A DNA stretch of 64,000 nucleotides from Ruminococcus sp. (GCA_017521805.1 JAFXDK010000073.1:13410-77409), one strand, 5' to 3'. Positions 10,112-18,367 are shown, numbered from the stretch's first letter. Notes: generated by a model from the sequence alone, not told the origin. A program made the numbers and translations.

Positions 10112-10672
10112 ATGACTGAAATTAAAAATACAAATACAAGGAAAAGTATTAAAGCAGATATCTGTGATTATACCGTTATCGACCTTGAAACGACGGACGT
10201 TAATATTTACAAATGCGAGATTATCGAAGTATCTGCTGTAAAAGTCCGCAACAATAAAATTGTTGACCAATTCAGCACTCTTGTAAAGCCTGAGGGAATC
10301 ATCAGCGGACTTATTACCTCAATTACAGGAATTACAAACGATATGGTAAAAAATTCCCCGAATATCCGTGAAGTTCTTCCCGATTATCTTGACTTTATCG
10401 GAGATGATATAATTCTTGGTCATAACGTTGCCTGCTTTGACCGCAACATTATAAAACTGCACTGTGAAAGACTTGGACTGCCGCCCTTTATGAATGATAC
10501 GCTTGATACGCTGAGATATTCCCAGAAATGCGATTTAGATGTTCCAAACCGCAAGCTTACAACTCTTACACAGTATTTCGGAATAAGCCACGAAGAAGCA
10601 CACCGTGCATTAGCAGATTGCATTGCAAATCACGAATGTTACCAGCAGCTGAAAAAATATTATAAGGGATAA
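10112..10672 (+). CDS. DEDDh 3'-5' exonuclease (DnaQ/epsilon-like), stand-alone
   Basis: ExoI 'VIDLETTD', ExoII 'GHNVACFDRNII', ExoIII 'HRALADC'. RBS AAGGAGAG. Confidence 0.85.
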   Translation: MTEIKNTNTRKSIKADICDYTVIDLETTDVNIYKCEIIEVSAVKVRNNKIVDQFSTLVKPEGIISGLITSITGITNDMVKNSPNIREVLPDYLDFIGDDIILGHNVACFDRNIIKLHCERLGLPPFMNDTLDTLRYSQKCDLDVPNRKLTTLTQYFGISHEEAHRALADCIANHECYQQLKKYYKG

Positions 10673-10697
10673 ATTTGTAAATTTTTCAGACAACCTC

Positions 10698-10726
10698 TTG
10701 ACTTTAAAGCGATAAAGTGTTATAAT
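10698..10726 (+). promoter_or_regulatory. Consensus SigA-type promoter driving the 6S-like RNA
   Basis: TTGACT (10698-10703), 17-nt spacer, TGtTATAAT (extended -10; hexamer 10721-10726). Confidence 0.65.
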
Positions 10727-10732
10727 AATATA

Positions 10733-10903
10733 TAGCTTATTGCTCCACCAATTATACCTTGCCGAAAAGACGAAAGCAGAAAGGAAATTTATCAAGGAAG
10801 AAAAACGCAGTAATGCTGTCGCATTTCAAGTTTTTCTGACGCAGAGAAATTTTCTTTATGCCGAGTATTTGATGGCAAGGTTTAGTTGGGGGAGCAATAG
10901 TAT
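10733..10903 (+). ncRNA. Candidate 6S-like (ssrS-like) rod-shaped ncRNA; alternatively an unusual tyrA leader
   Basis: Hand-folded structure:
- Closing stem 10738-10746 with 10891-10899, plus CCAA/UUGG.
- 8-bp stem 10756-10763 with 10874-10881.
- 17x17-nt central internal loop (10764-10780 and 10857-10873).
- 10-bp stem 10781-10790 with 10847-10856.
- 8-bp stem 10799-10806 with 10830-10837.
- 23-nt apical loop.
The structure begins about 5-7 nt downstream of the predicted TSS of a consensus promoter. No coding signal. Confidence 0.45.
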
Positions 10904-10937
10904 TCAGATTGTCGAAAATACATCATCCCACAAAGTA

Positions 10938-11063
10938 ATGGGATTCTAAAGGGCAAAGCCCTTTAGCAGAGTCCAGAGACAGCGTCTCTGGCAGGGTGTG
11001 GGACAGCGTCCCACATAGCGTTCAAGCGCTCTGCAAGGGGTGAATGCAAGTGAGAGCGTCCCC
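10938..11063 (+). repeat. Multi-hairpin intergenic repeat, copy A (short variant, 126 nt)
   Basis: Shares the 5' part (ATGGGATTCTAAAGGGC...) and the 3' end (...GAGAGCGTCCCC) with copies B and C. It lacks hairpin 4 and about 90 nt of the central part. Confidence 0.9.
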
Positions 11064-11132
11064 TAAAAAATCATTGCATTTTCAACAATCTTATAATATA
11101 CAATACAATATTTTACAAAAGAGGTTTTGAAC

Positions 11133-11984
11133 ATGAAAATTTTAGTTGTAGGACTTGGACTTATCGGCGGCTCAATCTGTAAAGCGTTGAAGAAATATAC
11201 TCCCCACTATGTCACAGGCTGTGACCTCAACCACGACATTGAGTTTTCAGCCCTCCGCGATGTTGCCATAGATGACACATTCGACGGAAATTTCAGCGGC
11301 TACGACCTTATTATAGTATCACTTTTTCCAGAAGCGGCTGAAAAATACATAACCGAAAATATCAGCAAATTTGATAAAAATACTCTTATCACCGATGTCT
11401 GCGGTATAAAGGGTGATTTTTCACGCAGAATCAAGGAAACTGCCGAAACCGCAGGTCTGCGCTATGTGGGTATTCACCCAATGGCAGGCAAGGAATTCGG
11501 CGGTTATCATAACAGCAGTGCAGACCTTTTCTGCAAGGCAAACTTCATCATAACACCATTTGAGGACAGCAAAACAGAAGATGTGGAAATTCTTTCGTCA
11601 CTTGTAAAAGAAATAGGTGCAGGAAAAATTGTTGTTACAACTCCCGATAATCACGACAAAATGATTGCCTACACATCTCAGCTTGCGCATATCGTATCAT
11701 CGGCATATGTAAAAAGCCCCGAACTTGACCTTGAATGTGGATTCAGCGGCGGCAGCTTTCAGGATATGACGCGTATTGCGACTATGAATGAAAAAATGTG
11801 GACAGATTTATTTATGCAAAATAAGGAAAATCTTGTATTTGAGCTTGATTTGCTTATAAATAATCTTGCAAAGTACAGCGAGGCGCTGAAAAATTCCGAC
11901 AGCAGCGAAATGCTGCGGCTTATTGCCGAGGGCAGACAGCTCAAAGAAAACAATCTCCGTCACCGTCAGGGACAGCCTAACTAA
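11133..11984 (+). CDS. tyrA: Prephenate dehydrogenase
   Basis: Rossmann motif 'VVGLGLIGGS' and 'GIHPMAG'. ATG at 11133 with RBS AGAGG upstream; the ORF track starts 6 nt earlier at a TTG. Confidence 0.85.
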   Translation: MKILVVGLGLIGGSICKALKKYTPHYVTGCDLNHDIEFSALRDVAIDDTFDGNFSGYDLIIVSLFPEAAEKYITENISKFDKNTLITDVCGIKGDFSRRIKETAETAGLRYVGIHPMAGKEFGGYHNSSADLFCKANFIITPFEDSKTEDVEILSSLVKEIGAGKIVVTTPDNHDKMIAYTSQLAHIVSSAYVKSPELDLECGFSGGSFQDMTRIATMNEKMWTDLFMQNKENLVFELDLLINNLAKYSEALKNSDSSEMLRLIAEGRQLKENNLRHRQGQPN

Positions 11985-11986
11985 TC

Positions 11987-12030
11987 TAAAAAAATCAGGG
12001 TATCGGTTACTGCCGATACCCTATGTTTTT
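11987..12030. terminator. Bidirectional intrinsic terminator between tyrA and the ABC-F gene
   Basis: 10-bp stem agggtatcgg (11997-12006) with ccgataccct (12013-12022). An A-run lies upstream and a T-run downstream. Confidence 0.75.
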
Positions 12031-13582
12031 ATATTATTTTAGTAGACCATTCTTCAATATTCCACACGCTATCAACAATATCCATGTAAAACTCAGGCTC
12101 ATGGCTAACGATAATGACTGTTCCCTTATAGTCGTTTATAGCCTTTTTCAGCGATTCCTTAGCGTCAACATCAAGATGATTTGTAGGCTCGTCAAGCACA
12201 AGGAGATTAACTTCTTTAAGCATAATGCGGCAGATTCGCACCTTTGCATTCTCACCACCCGAAAGCACTCTCATCTGAGATGTAATATGCTCTGTAGTAA
12301 GTCCGCACTGGGCAAGAGCCGCACGCACTTCGGCATTAGTCATAGCAGGATATTCATTCCATATCACTTCAAGAGATGTCTTATCAGTGCTTTCCTCCTC
12401 CTGCTCGAAATAACCGTATTCAACAAACTGGTCATGCTCAACAGTGCCTGAAATAGGAGGAATAATTTTCAACAGTGTTTTAAGCAGTGTTGATTTACCG
12501 ATACCATTTACACCGCGGATAGCAATTTTCTGTCCGTTTTCAACCTGTATGGACACAGGCTTAGTAAGTGGCTCATCATAGCCGAGAATAATATCCTTGC
12601 AGTCGATAACCACACGCCCCGGAGTTCTCGCCTTTCTGAAAGAAAATACAGGCTTGGGCTTTTCGCGCATGAGGGTAATCTTGTCCATTTTGTCAAGCTT
12701 TTTCTGTCGGGATTTCGCCATATTAGTTGTAGCAACTCTCGCCTTGTTGCGTGCGATAAAGTCCTCCAAATCAGCAATTTCTTTCTGCTGTTTCTCATAT
12801 GCCTGCTCTATCTGGCGCTTTTTCAGCTCATACATACGGACAAAATTGTCGTAATCCCCTGTATATCGCGTCATTACAGCATTTTCAACATGATACACAA
12901 CATTTATAACGCTATTCATAAAAGGCACATCATGTGATACAAGTATAAAGGCATTTTCATAATTCTGGAGGAAATTAGTCAGCCATGCAATATGGTTTTC
13001 ATCAAGGAAGTTTGTAGGCTCGTCCAGAATAAGAATCATAGGATTTTCAAGAAGCACCTTTGCAAGAAGAACCTTTGCACGCTGACCGCCTGAAAGCTCT
13101 GAAACCTCTCTGTCAAGACCGATTTCGTTAAGCCCAAGACCGTTGGCATATTCCGAAATTTTTGAATCAATAATGTAGTAGCCGCTGTAATCGAGAATAC
13201 TCTGAATTTCTCCCACTTCCTCCATAAGCTCATTCATTTCATCTTCTGAGCAGTCAGCCATTTTATCATACATTCCAAGCATTTCAGCTTCAAGTTCAGA
13301 AAGATGATTAAAAGCCTCGCGAAGCACATCGCGGATAGTCTTACCTTTTTCAAGGGAGCTGTACTGGTCGAGATAACCCGTTGTAATATGTCTGCACCAT
13401 TCGATTTTTCCCTCATCAGGCATAAGCTTACCTGTAATTATATTCAAAAAAGTGGATTTTCCCTCGCCGTTTGCCCCTACAAGTCCAACGTGTTCGCCTT
13501 TCAGCAGGCGGAATGAAGCGTCATTGAGGATTTGTCTCGCTCCAAATCCATGGGTTACGTGTTCAACATTAAGTATACTCAT
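12029..13582 (-). CDS. ABC-F family ATPase (two ABC domains, no TM domain; translation-factor type)
   Basis: Two Walker A motifs ('GANGEGKST', 'GVNGIGKST') and two signature motifs ('LSGGQRAKV', 'LSGGENAKV'). The start was moved to ATG 13580-13582 (MSILNVEH), 8 nt after GGAG. Confidence 0.88.
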   Translation of the reverse strand: MSILNVEHVTHGFGARQILNDASFRLLKGEHVGLVGANGEGKSTFLNIITGKLMPDEGKIEWCRHITTGYLDQYSSLEKGKTIRDVLREAFNHLSELEAEMLGMYDKMADCSEDEMNELMEEVGEIQSILDYSGYYIIDSKISEYANGLGLNEIGLDREVSELSGGQRAKVLLAKVLLENPMILILDEPTNFLDENHIAWLTNFLQNYENAFILVSHDVPFMNSVINVVYHVENAVMTRYTGDYDNFVRMYELKKRQIEQAYEKQQKEIADLEDFIARNKARVATTNMAKSRQKKLDKMDKITLMREKPKPVFSFRKARTPGRVVIDCKDIILGYDEPLTKPVSIQVENGQKIAIRGVNGIGKSTLLKTLLKIIPPISGTVEHDQFVEYGYFEQEEESTDKTSLEVIWNEYPAMTNAEVRAALAQCGLTTEHITSQMRVLSGGENAKVRICRIMLKEVNLLVLDEPTNHLDVDAKESLKKAINDYKGTVIIVSHEPEFYMDIVDSVWNIEEWSTKII

Positions 13583-13619
13583 TTTCAATCTCCGTTTCAA
13601 CATTATTCAAGTACTATAC

Positions 13620-13648
13620 ATTATACCACGTTATTAGCGAAAATGCAA
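13620..13648 (-). promoter_or_regulatory. SigA-type promoter of the ABC-F gene
   Basis: On the minus strand: TTGCAT, 17-nt spacer, TGgTATAAT. Confidence 0.6.
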
Positions 13649-13736
13649 GAGCATACGAAAACCAGTATGTGTGAAATTTTCGTAGGCAAATAAATTAGAG
13701 GTTCCCTTATGTAGTTGTCGAAAAATTATAAATATA

Positions 13737-13965
13737 ATGGGATTCTAAAGGGCGAAGCCCTTTAGCAGAGTCCAGAGACGGAGTCTCTGACTGGGTATGG
13801 GACAGCGTCCCATGCAGAGCGAAGCTCTGCGATGCGTTCAAGCGCTCTGCAAGGGGTTGCCCGAACGTGAGGCAGGATGCTGTTTGAACGTGAGGGTATA
13901 TCGCACTTGGATTTGACTGCGATTGAATTGAAAAGAGGGGACGCTCTGCAAGAGAGAGCGTCCCC
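13737..13965 (+). repeat. Multi-hairpin intergenic repeat, copy B (full 229-nt unit)
   Basis: About 95% identical to copy C by hand alignment (11 mismatches, no indels). It lies between the divergent ABC-F and pectate-lyase promoters. Confidence 0.95.
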
Positions 13966-14116
13966 TTGAAAGAATGTCTGATTTTACCTTTTCTACCCTA
14001 CATTTATTTTACACATACGGAAACCATAAAACAGCCGAATTTTTTCCGTATGATGAATTATCTTTTTAGTTGCGATACAAAAGCATAATATGTCAGCTAC
14101 TCAGTATTATATATCA

Positions 14117-14145
14117 TTGAAAACTGCGGAAATGTGCGGTATAAT
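14117..14145 (+). promoter_or_regulatory. SigA-type promoter of the pectate lyase gene
   Basis: TTGAAA (14117-14122), 17-nt spacer, TATAAT (14140-14145). A structured leader of about 140 nt follows. Confidence 0.55.
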
Positions 14146-14291
14146 ATGGTTGTAAGGTTGAAACGGCCATTCAACAACCACGTGGAATAAGAATTTGTCT
14201 TATTCAGTATATCATTATCATTTTAACAAATGAGCCTGCATAGGCACAGGTTCTACAACTTATGAAGGGAAAATTAATTATGAGGAATTCA

Positions 14292-17200
14292 ATGATGAAG
14301 AAAAGAATCATGGCAATTGCCGCATCTGCTGTAGTAAGTGTATCGACAGTAACGGGAACTATCGGCGGACTTGTCGCTCCCATGGCAAACACAATTACAA
14401 CAACAATGGCAGCCGAAGCAAGCGTAAAAATCAATGCTGCTGTAGGCTACGCCGAGGGAATGTATGCAACATGGAGCTCTGTTTCAGGAGCAAGCGGATA
14501 CAATGTATATGTTGACGGCACACAGATTGACTCCGAGCTTATCAGACAGTACAGCGGCTACATGAGAGCAGATGCAGTAGGTCTTAAAGCAGGAAGCCAC
14601 ACAATCAAGGTCGTTCCAATAATCAGCGGTACAGCAGATAATTCTAAGGCTGCCGAGGCTACAGCTAATGTATACGCCCATGACAGAAGCGGCTATGCAT
14701 TCGCAGACGGTCACGCTCCCGGTGCATACAACGCTGATGGCACACTCAAAAGCGGCGCAATCGTTGTATATGTAACAGATGCAAACAAAGACAGCGTTAC
14801 AGTAAAGCTTAATGCTGAGGGTAAAGGCGAAGTTGACTGCACAGGAGTTCAGAATATCATCACAGCTTACAAAAAAGGCGCTGAAAAACGTCCTATAGCA
14901 ATCAGATTTATCGGAAACGTTACTGACCCTTCGGTTCTCACAAAGGGCGATTTAGTACTTGACACAGTTACAGCAGGCATGACAATTGAAGGTATCGGCT
15001 CTGACGCTACAGCAAATGGGTATGGTATCGTTCTTAAAAACTGTGTAGATGTTGAGGTGAGAAATATCGGCTTCATGAACTGCAACAGCTCCGAGGGCGA
15101 TAACTGCGGCCTCCAGCAGAACGATTCATACTGCTGGGTTCACAACTGCGATTTCTTCTATGGCGATGCAGGCTCAGATGCAGACCAAGCTAAGGGCGAC
15201 GGTGCTCTTGATACAAAGAAATCCCACCACATCACACATTCATACAATCACTTCTTTGATAACGGAAAATGTAATCTCCAGGGCGCAAACGCAAGTGATA
15301 CATCAAATTACATAACATATCACCACAACTGGTTTGACCATTCCGATTCCCGTCATCCCCGTGTAAGAGTTGCAACAGTTCATGTATACAATAACTACTA
15401 CGACGGCAACTCAAAGTACGGTATCGGCTCAACAACAGATTCCGATATCTTCGCTGAAAACAACTATTTCCGCAACTGCAAATACCCCATGCTCACATCA
15501 GAGCAGGGCAGCGATATAGCTACAGGAGGCACATTCTCAGGTGAAGTCGGCGGCGTAATCAAAGCATACGGCAACATCATTGAGGGCGCAAAGGCTTTCG
15601 TTCCCTACAACGAAAATCCCTCTGCATATGACGCTTATGTAGCTTCATCAAGAGATGAAAAAGTCCCCTCCTCCGTAAAGGCAATCAGCGGCGGAGCTTC
15701 ATATAACAACTTCGATACAGCAAGCGATTTCTACAGCTATAAGGCTGATGCTGCTGATGATGTTCCCGCAATCGTTATGGCAAAGGCAGGCCGTGTTGAC
15801 GGCGGCGATTTCAAGTGGGAATTCAACAATGCAGTTGACGACGAGGATTACGGTGTAAATTCCGCACTCAAGTCAGCACTCAAAGCTTACAATGATTCCA
15901 TAACAGCAATCGGCTCAGGATTCAAGGACGATGCTTCCAATCCTCCCACGACAAATCCGCCATCCACAACGCCTTCTACAGCAAAACCCTCCGCTACAAC
16001 TACGAAGGCACCCTCTCAGACCACGCCTGCACAGACAAATCCCACAACTCCATCTGTGTCAGGCGGTCAGGTCCACGACTTTACAGCAAACGGACTTAAC
16101 AGCTCATTCTTCTCAATTTCAGGTAACCTTTCCTCAAGCAAGGGAACAGTTACATATGACGGAAAAACTCTTACACAGTGTCTGAAAATGGAATCTGCAA
16201 CAAGCATTTCATTCAATGCAGGTTCTAACGGAAAGCTTACTCTTGTGTTTGTTGAACCCTCCGCTACTATCAAGGTTAACGGAACAAAGTATACAGCCAA
16301 TAACGGTATCGTTTCAGTTGACCTCAGCGCAGGTGCGCACACAATCACAAAGGCAGATAGTGTAAATCTGTTCTATATGGTATTCGGCGGCAGTGCAGGT
16401 TCTTCCAATACAACTCCCTCACAGCCTGCTCAGACAACAACCGCAGGAAATAACAATAATTCAACATCTACAACTGTAACAAATCCCCCCTCTTCAAATG
16501 CAAATTCAACAGGATTAAAGACAATTGTTGACGGTGCAATCTACTGCTCACCCAACGGAACAGGCTCAGGCACAAAGGATTCCCCCACAGATGTACTCTC
16601 AGCCATAAAAAATGTCAAGGCTGGCGGTACTATATATCTTCTTGACGGTACATACAAATACGATTCCACTATAATTATAGATTCTTCAAATAACGGCTCG
16701 GCAAATGCATACAAGACGATTCAGGCATATCCGGGCAACAGCGGCAAGGTTGTATTCGACTTCTCCGCACAGGCTGTAAGCGGCTCTAACCGTGGATTTG
16801 TCCTTGACGGTGATTACTGGCAGTTTGTCAACTTTGAGATTACCAAAGCAGGCGATAATGGTATGCTCCTTTCCGGAAACTATAACAGAATTGTTGAAAT
16901 GGTATTCAATGACAATCAGGATACAGGCTTACAGCTTTCACGCTATGATACCAACGCTTCTACTGTTGCACAGTGGCCCTCATACAATCTGATTCTCAAT
17001 TGCACGTCAAAGAACAACTGTGATGACGCAACTATGGAAAATGCTGATGGATTTGCCGCAAAACTTACCTGCGGAGAGGGCAATGTCTTTGATGGTTGCA
17101 TGGCATACAACAACTCTGACGACGGCTGGGATTTATATGCAAAAACAGAAACAGGTCCTATCGGCGTTGTAACAATAAAGAACAGTATCGCATTCAGAAA

Positions 17201-18149
17201 CGGCTATACCGAGTTCGGCGAGGGCTACGGCGACTGCGACGGAAACGGCTTCAAGCTTGGCGGTGCAGGCGTAGGTACTGCTCATATCGTTGAAAATTGT
17301 CTTGCATTTGAAAACCTCAACTGCGGCTTTACAGATAACAATAATCCCCTGCTTGGCAGTCTGAAAAATTGTACAGCATACAATAACGGCGTAGGCGGTA
17401 ATGGAAAATCAAACTATATGGTATACCGCTGTTCTTCATCAACAGCTCTTACAAATCTTATGTCCTTTACAGATACAAGCAAGGTATCTGCTACAGGTGC
17501 TGCAGGAATTAAGCTTTCCAATGACAAGTTTGTGGGAGTTATGAACAATTCCGTATACTACAACAGCAGCTATTATTTTGCAAAAAGCAATGTTTCAATG
17601 ACAAACGGCGCAAAGCTTGGAGATGTTGTTACAGTTCAGGCTTCTGATTTCATATCACTTTCCGTACCAAAAATCGGAACAGATTTCCATACAGCATGGA
17701 GAGCCTCAGACGGTTCAATAAAGACAGGCAATTTTGCAGAATCCGCAGGTACTTACTCAACTCTCGGCTATCACCTTGACGGAAAGGGTACAGCCTCTGT
17801 TCTCACTGGACAGACGGGCACAGCAGCGTCCCAGCAAACTACAAGCACAACTCAGCCTACAACTACAAAGCCCGCAACAGCATCTACAACTCCTACAACA
17901 CCTGCTAACCCCAATCTCCCTACAGCAACACTTATAGGCGACGCTAACTGCGACGGCAAGGTTTCAATCGCTGACGCAACAGCAATTCTCCAGCACTTAG
18001 GCAATTACGATAAATACGGTCTCTCTGAACAGGGACTTGCAAATGCTGACGTAGCCAACAAGGGCGACGGTATCACAGCAGCAGACGCAGTTTCAATCAA
18101 GAAGTATGATGCAAAGATAATCGACACACTTCCAGAATCTGTGCAGTAA
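14292..18149 (+). CDS. Cellulosomal bifunctional pectate lyase: PL1 domain, P/T linker, CBM-like module, PL9-like beta-helix domain, C-terminal dockerin
   Basis: - PL1: 'WVHNCDF..DGALD', 'NWFDHSDSRHPRVR'.
- PL9-like: 'NADGFAAK', 'GNGFKLGG', 'DDGWDLY'.
- Dockerin: 'GDANCDGKVSIADATAILQHL...NKGDGITAADAVSIKKY'.
The likely start is ATG 14292 (MMKKRIMAIAASAVV signal peptide, GAGGA 5 nt upstream). The ORF track starts at 14262. Confidence 0.88.
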   Translation: MMKKRIMAIAASAVVSVSTVTGTIGGLVAPMANTITTTMAAEASVKINAAVGYAEGMYATWSSVSGASGYNVYVDGTQIDSELIRQYSGYMRADAVGLKAGSHTIKVVPIISGTADNSKAAEATANVYAHDRSGYAFADGHAPGAYNADGTLKSGAIVVYVTDANKDSVTVKLNAEGKGEVDCTGVQNIITAYKKGAEKRPIAIRFIGNVTDPSVLTKGDLVLDTVTAGMTIEGIGSDATANGYGIVLKNCVDVEVRNIGFMNCNSSEGDNCGLQQNDSYCWVHNCDFFYGDAGSDADQAKGDGALDTKKSHHITHSYNHFFDNGKCNLQGANASDTSNYITYHHNWFDHSDSRHPRVRVATVHVYNNYYDGNSKYGIGSTTDSDIFAENNYFRNCKYPMLTSEQGSDIATGGTFSGEVGGVIKAYGNIIEGAKAFVPYNENPSAYDAYVASSRDEKVPSSVKAISGGASYNNFDTASDFYSYKADAADDVPAIVMAKAGRVDGGDFKWEFNNAVDDEDYGVNSALKSALKAYNDSITAIGSGFKDDASNPPTTNPPSTTPSTAKPSATTTKAPSQTTPAQTNPTTPSVSGGQVHDFTANGLNSSFFSISGNLSSSKGTVTYDGKTLTQCLKMESATSISFNAGSNGKLTLVFVEPSATIKVNGTKYTANNGIVSVDLSAGAHTITKADSVNLFYMVFGGSAGSSNTTPSQPAQTTTAGNNNNSTSTTVTNPPSSNANSTGLKTIVDGAIYCSPNGTGSGTKDSPTDVLSAIKNVKAGGTIYLLDGTYKYDSTIIIDSSNNGSANAYKTIQAYPGNSGKVVFDFSAQAVSGSNRGFVLDGDYWQFVNFEITKAGDNGMLLSGNYNRIVEMVFNDNQDTGLQLSRYDTNASTVAQWPSYNLILNCTSKNNCDDATMENADGFAAKLTCGEGNVFDGCMAYNNSDDGWDLYAKTETGPIGVVTIKNSIAFRNGYTEFGEGYGDCDGNGFKLGGAGVGTAHIVENCLAFENLNCGFTDNNNPLLGSLKNCTAYNNGVGGNGKSNYMVYRCSSSTALTNLMSFTDTSKVSATGAAGIKLSNDKFVGVMNNSVYYNSSYYFAKSNVSMTNGAKLGDVVTVQASDFISLSVPKIGTDFHTAWRASDGSIKTGNFAESAGTYSTLGYHLDGKGTASVLTGQTGTAASQQTTSTTQPTTTKPATASTTPTTPANPNLPTATLIGDANCDGKVSIADATAILQHLGNYDKYGLSEQGLANADVANKGDGITAADAVSIKKYDAKIIDTLPESVQ

Positions 18150-18170
18150 ATATAATCTATTGCCCGTTCC

Positions 18171-18350
18171 TTAAGGCAACACCGCACAGAGCTTGTGCGG
18201 AAGATGCGAAGTCAGATTTTTCGTCAGATTGTATAAAAAACTTGCAGGCATACTGTCGTATGTCAAGAGTTTTTTGTGCAAGATGGCGGAAAATATGCAA
18301 GCAGATTTCGTGCAAAGCCGTCAGGCGGGCTTTGTGCGGTGTTGCCTTAA
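18171..18350. repeat. 180-nt element bounded by 21-nt inverted repeats (TTAAGGCAACACCGCACAGAG / CTTTGTGCGGTGTTGCCTTAA)
   Basis: Arms at 18171-18191 and 18330-18350 are reverse complements with 1 mismatch. The same arm recurs at 7098-7141. Confidence 0.85.
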
Positions 18351-18367
18351 ATATAATGATATACGGA

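Noticed and set aside
10733-10903. T-box (tRNA-Tyr) leader for tyrA
   Set aside because: I found no T-box consensus (..GGUGGUACCGCG..), no AG-bay/GA-motif arrangement and no terminator/antiterminator pair. The structure is one continuous rod with a central bubble.
10740-10949. 69-aa ORF (TTG start) in the track between the exonuclease gene and tyrA
   Set aside because: It lies entirely within the rod-like hairpin RNA and runs into the repeat (it ends at ATGGGATTCTAA). It has no SD and a non-ATG start, and its composition is dictated by the two arms of a hairpin.
18249-18262. 14-mer CATACTGTCGTATG shared with 60158-60171, plus GTATGTCAAG at 18258 and 60133, hinting that the 18.2-kb and 60.1-kb elements are related
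   Set aside because: A few 14-mer matches are expected by chance in 64 kb on two strands. The rest of the two elements does not align convincingly by eye. A proper alignment is needed before any claim.
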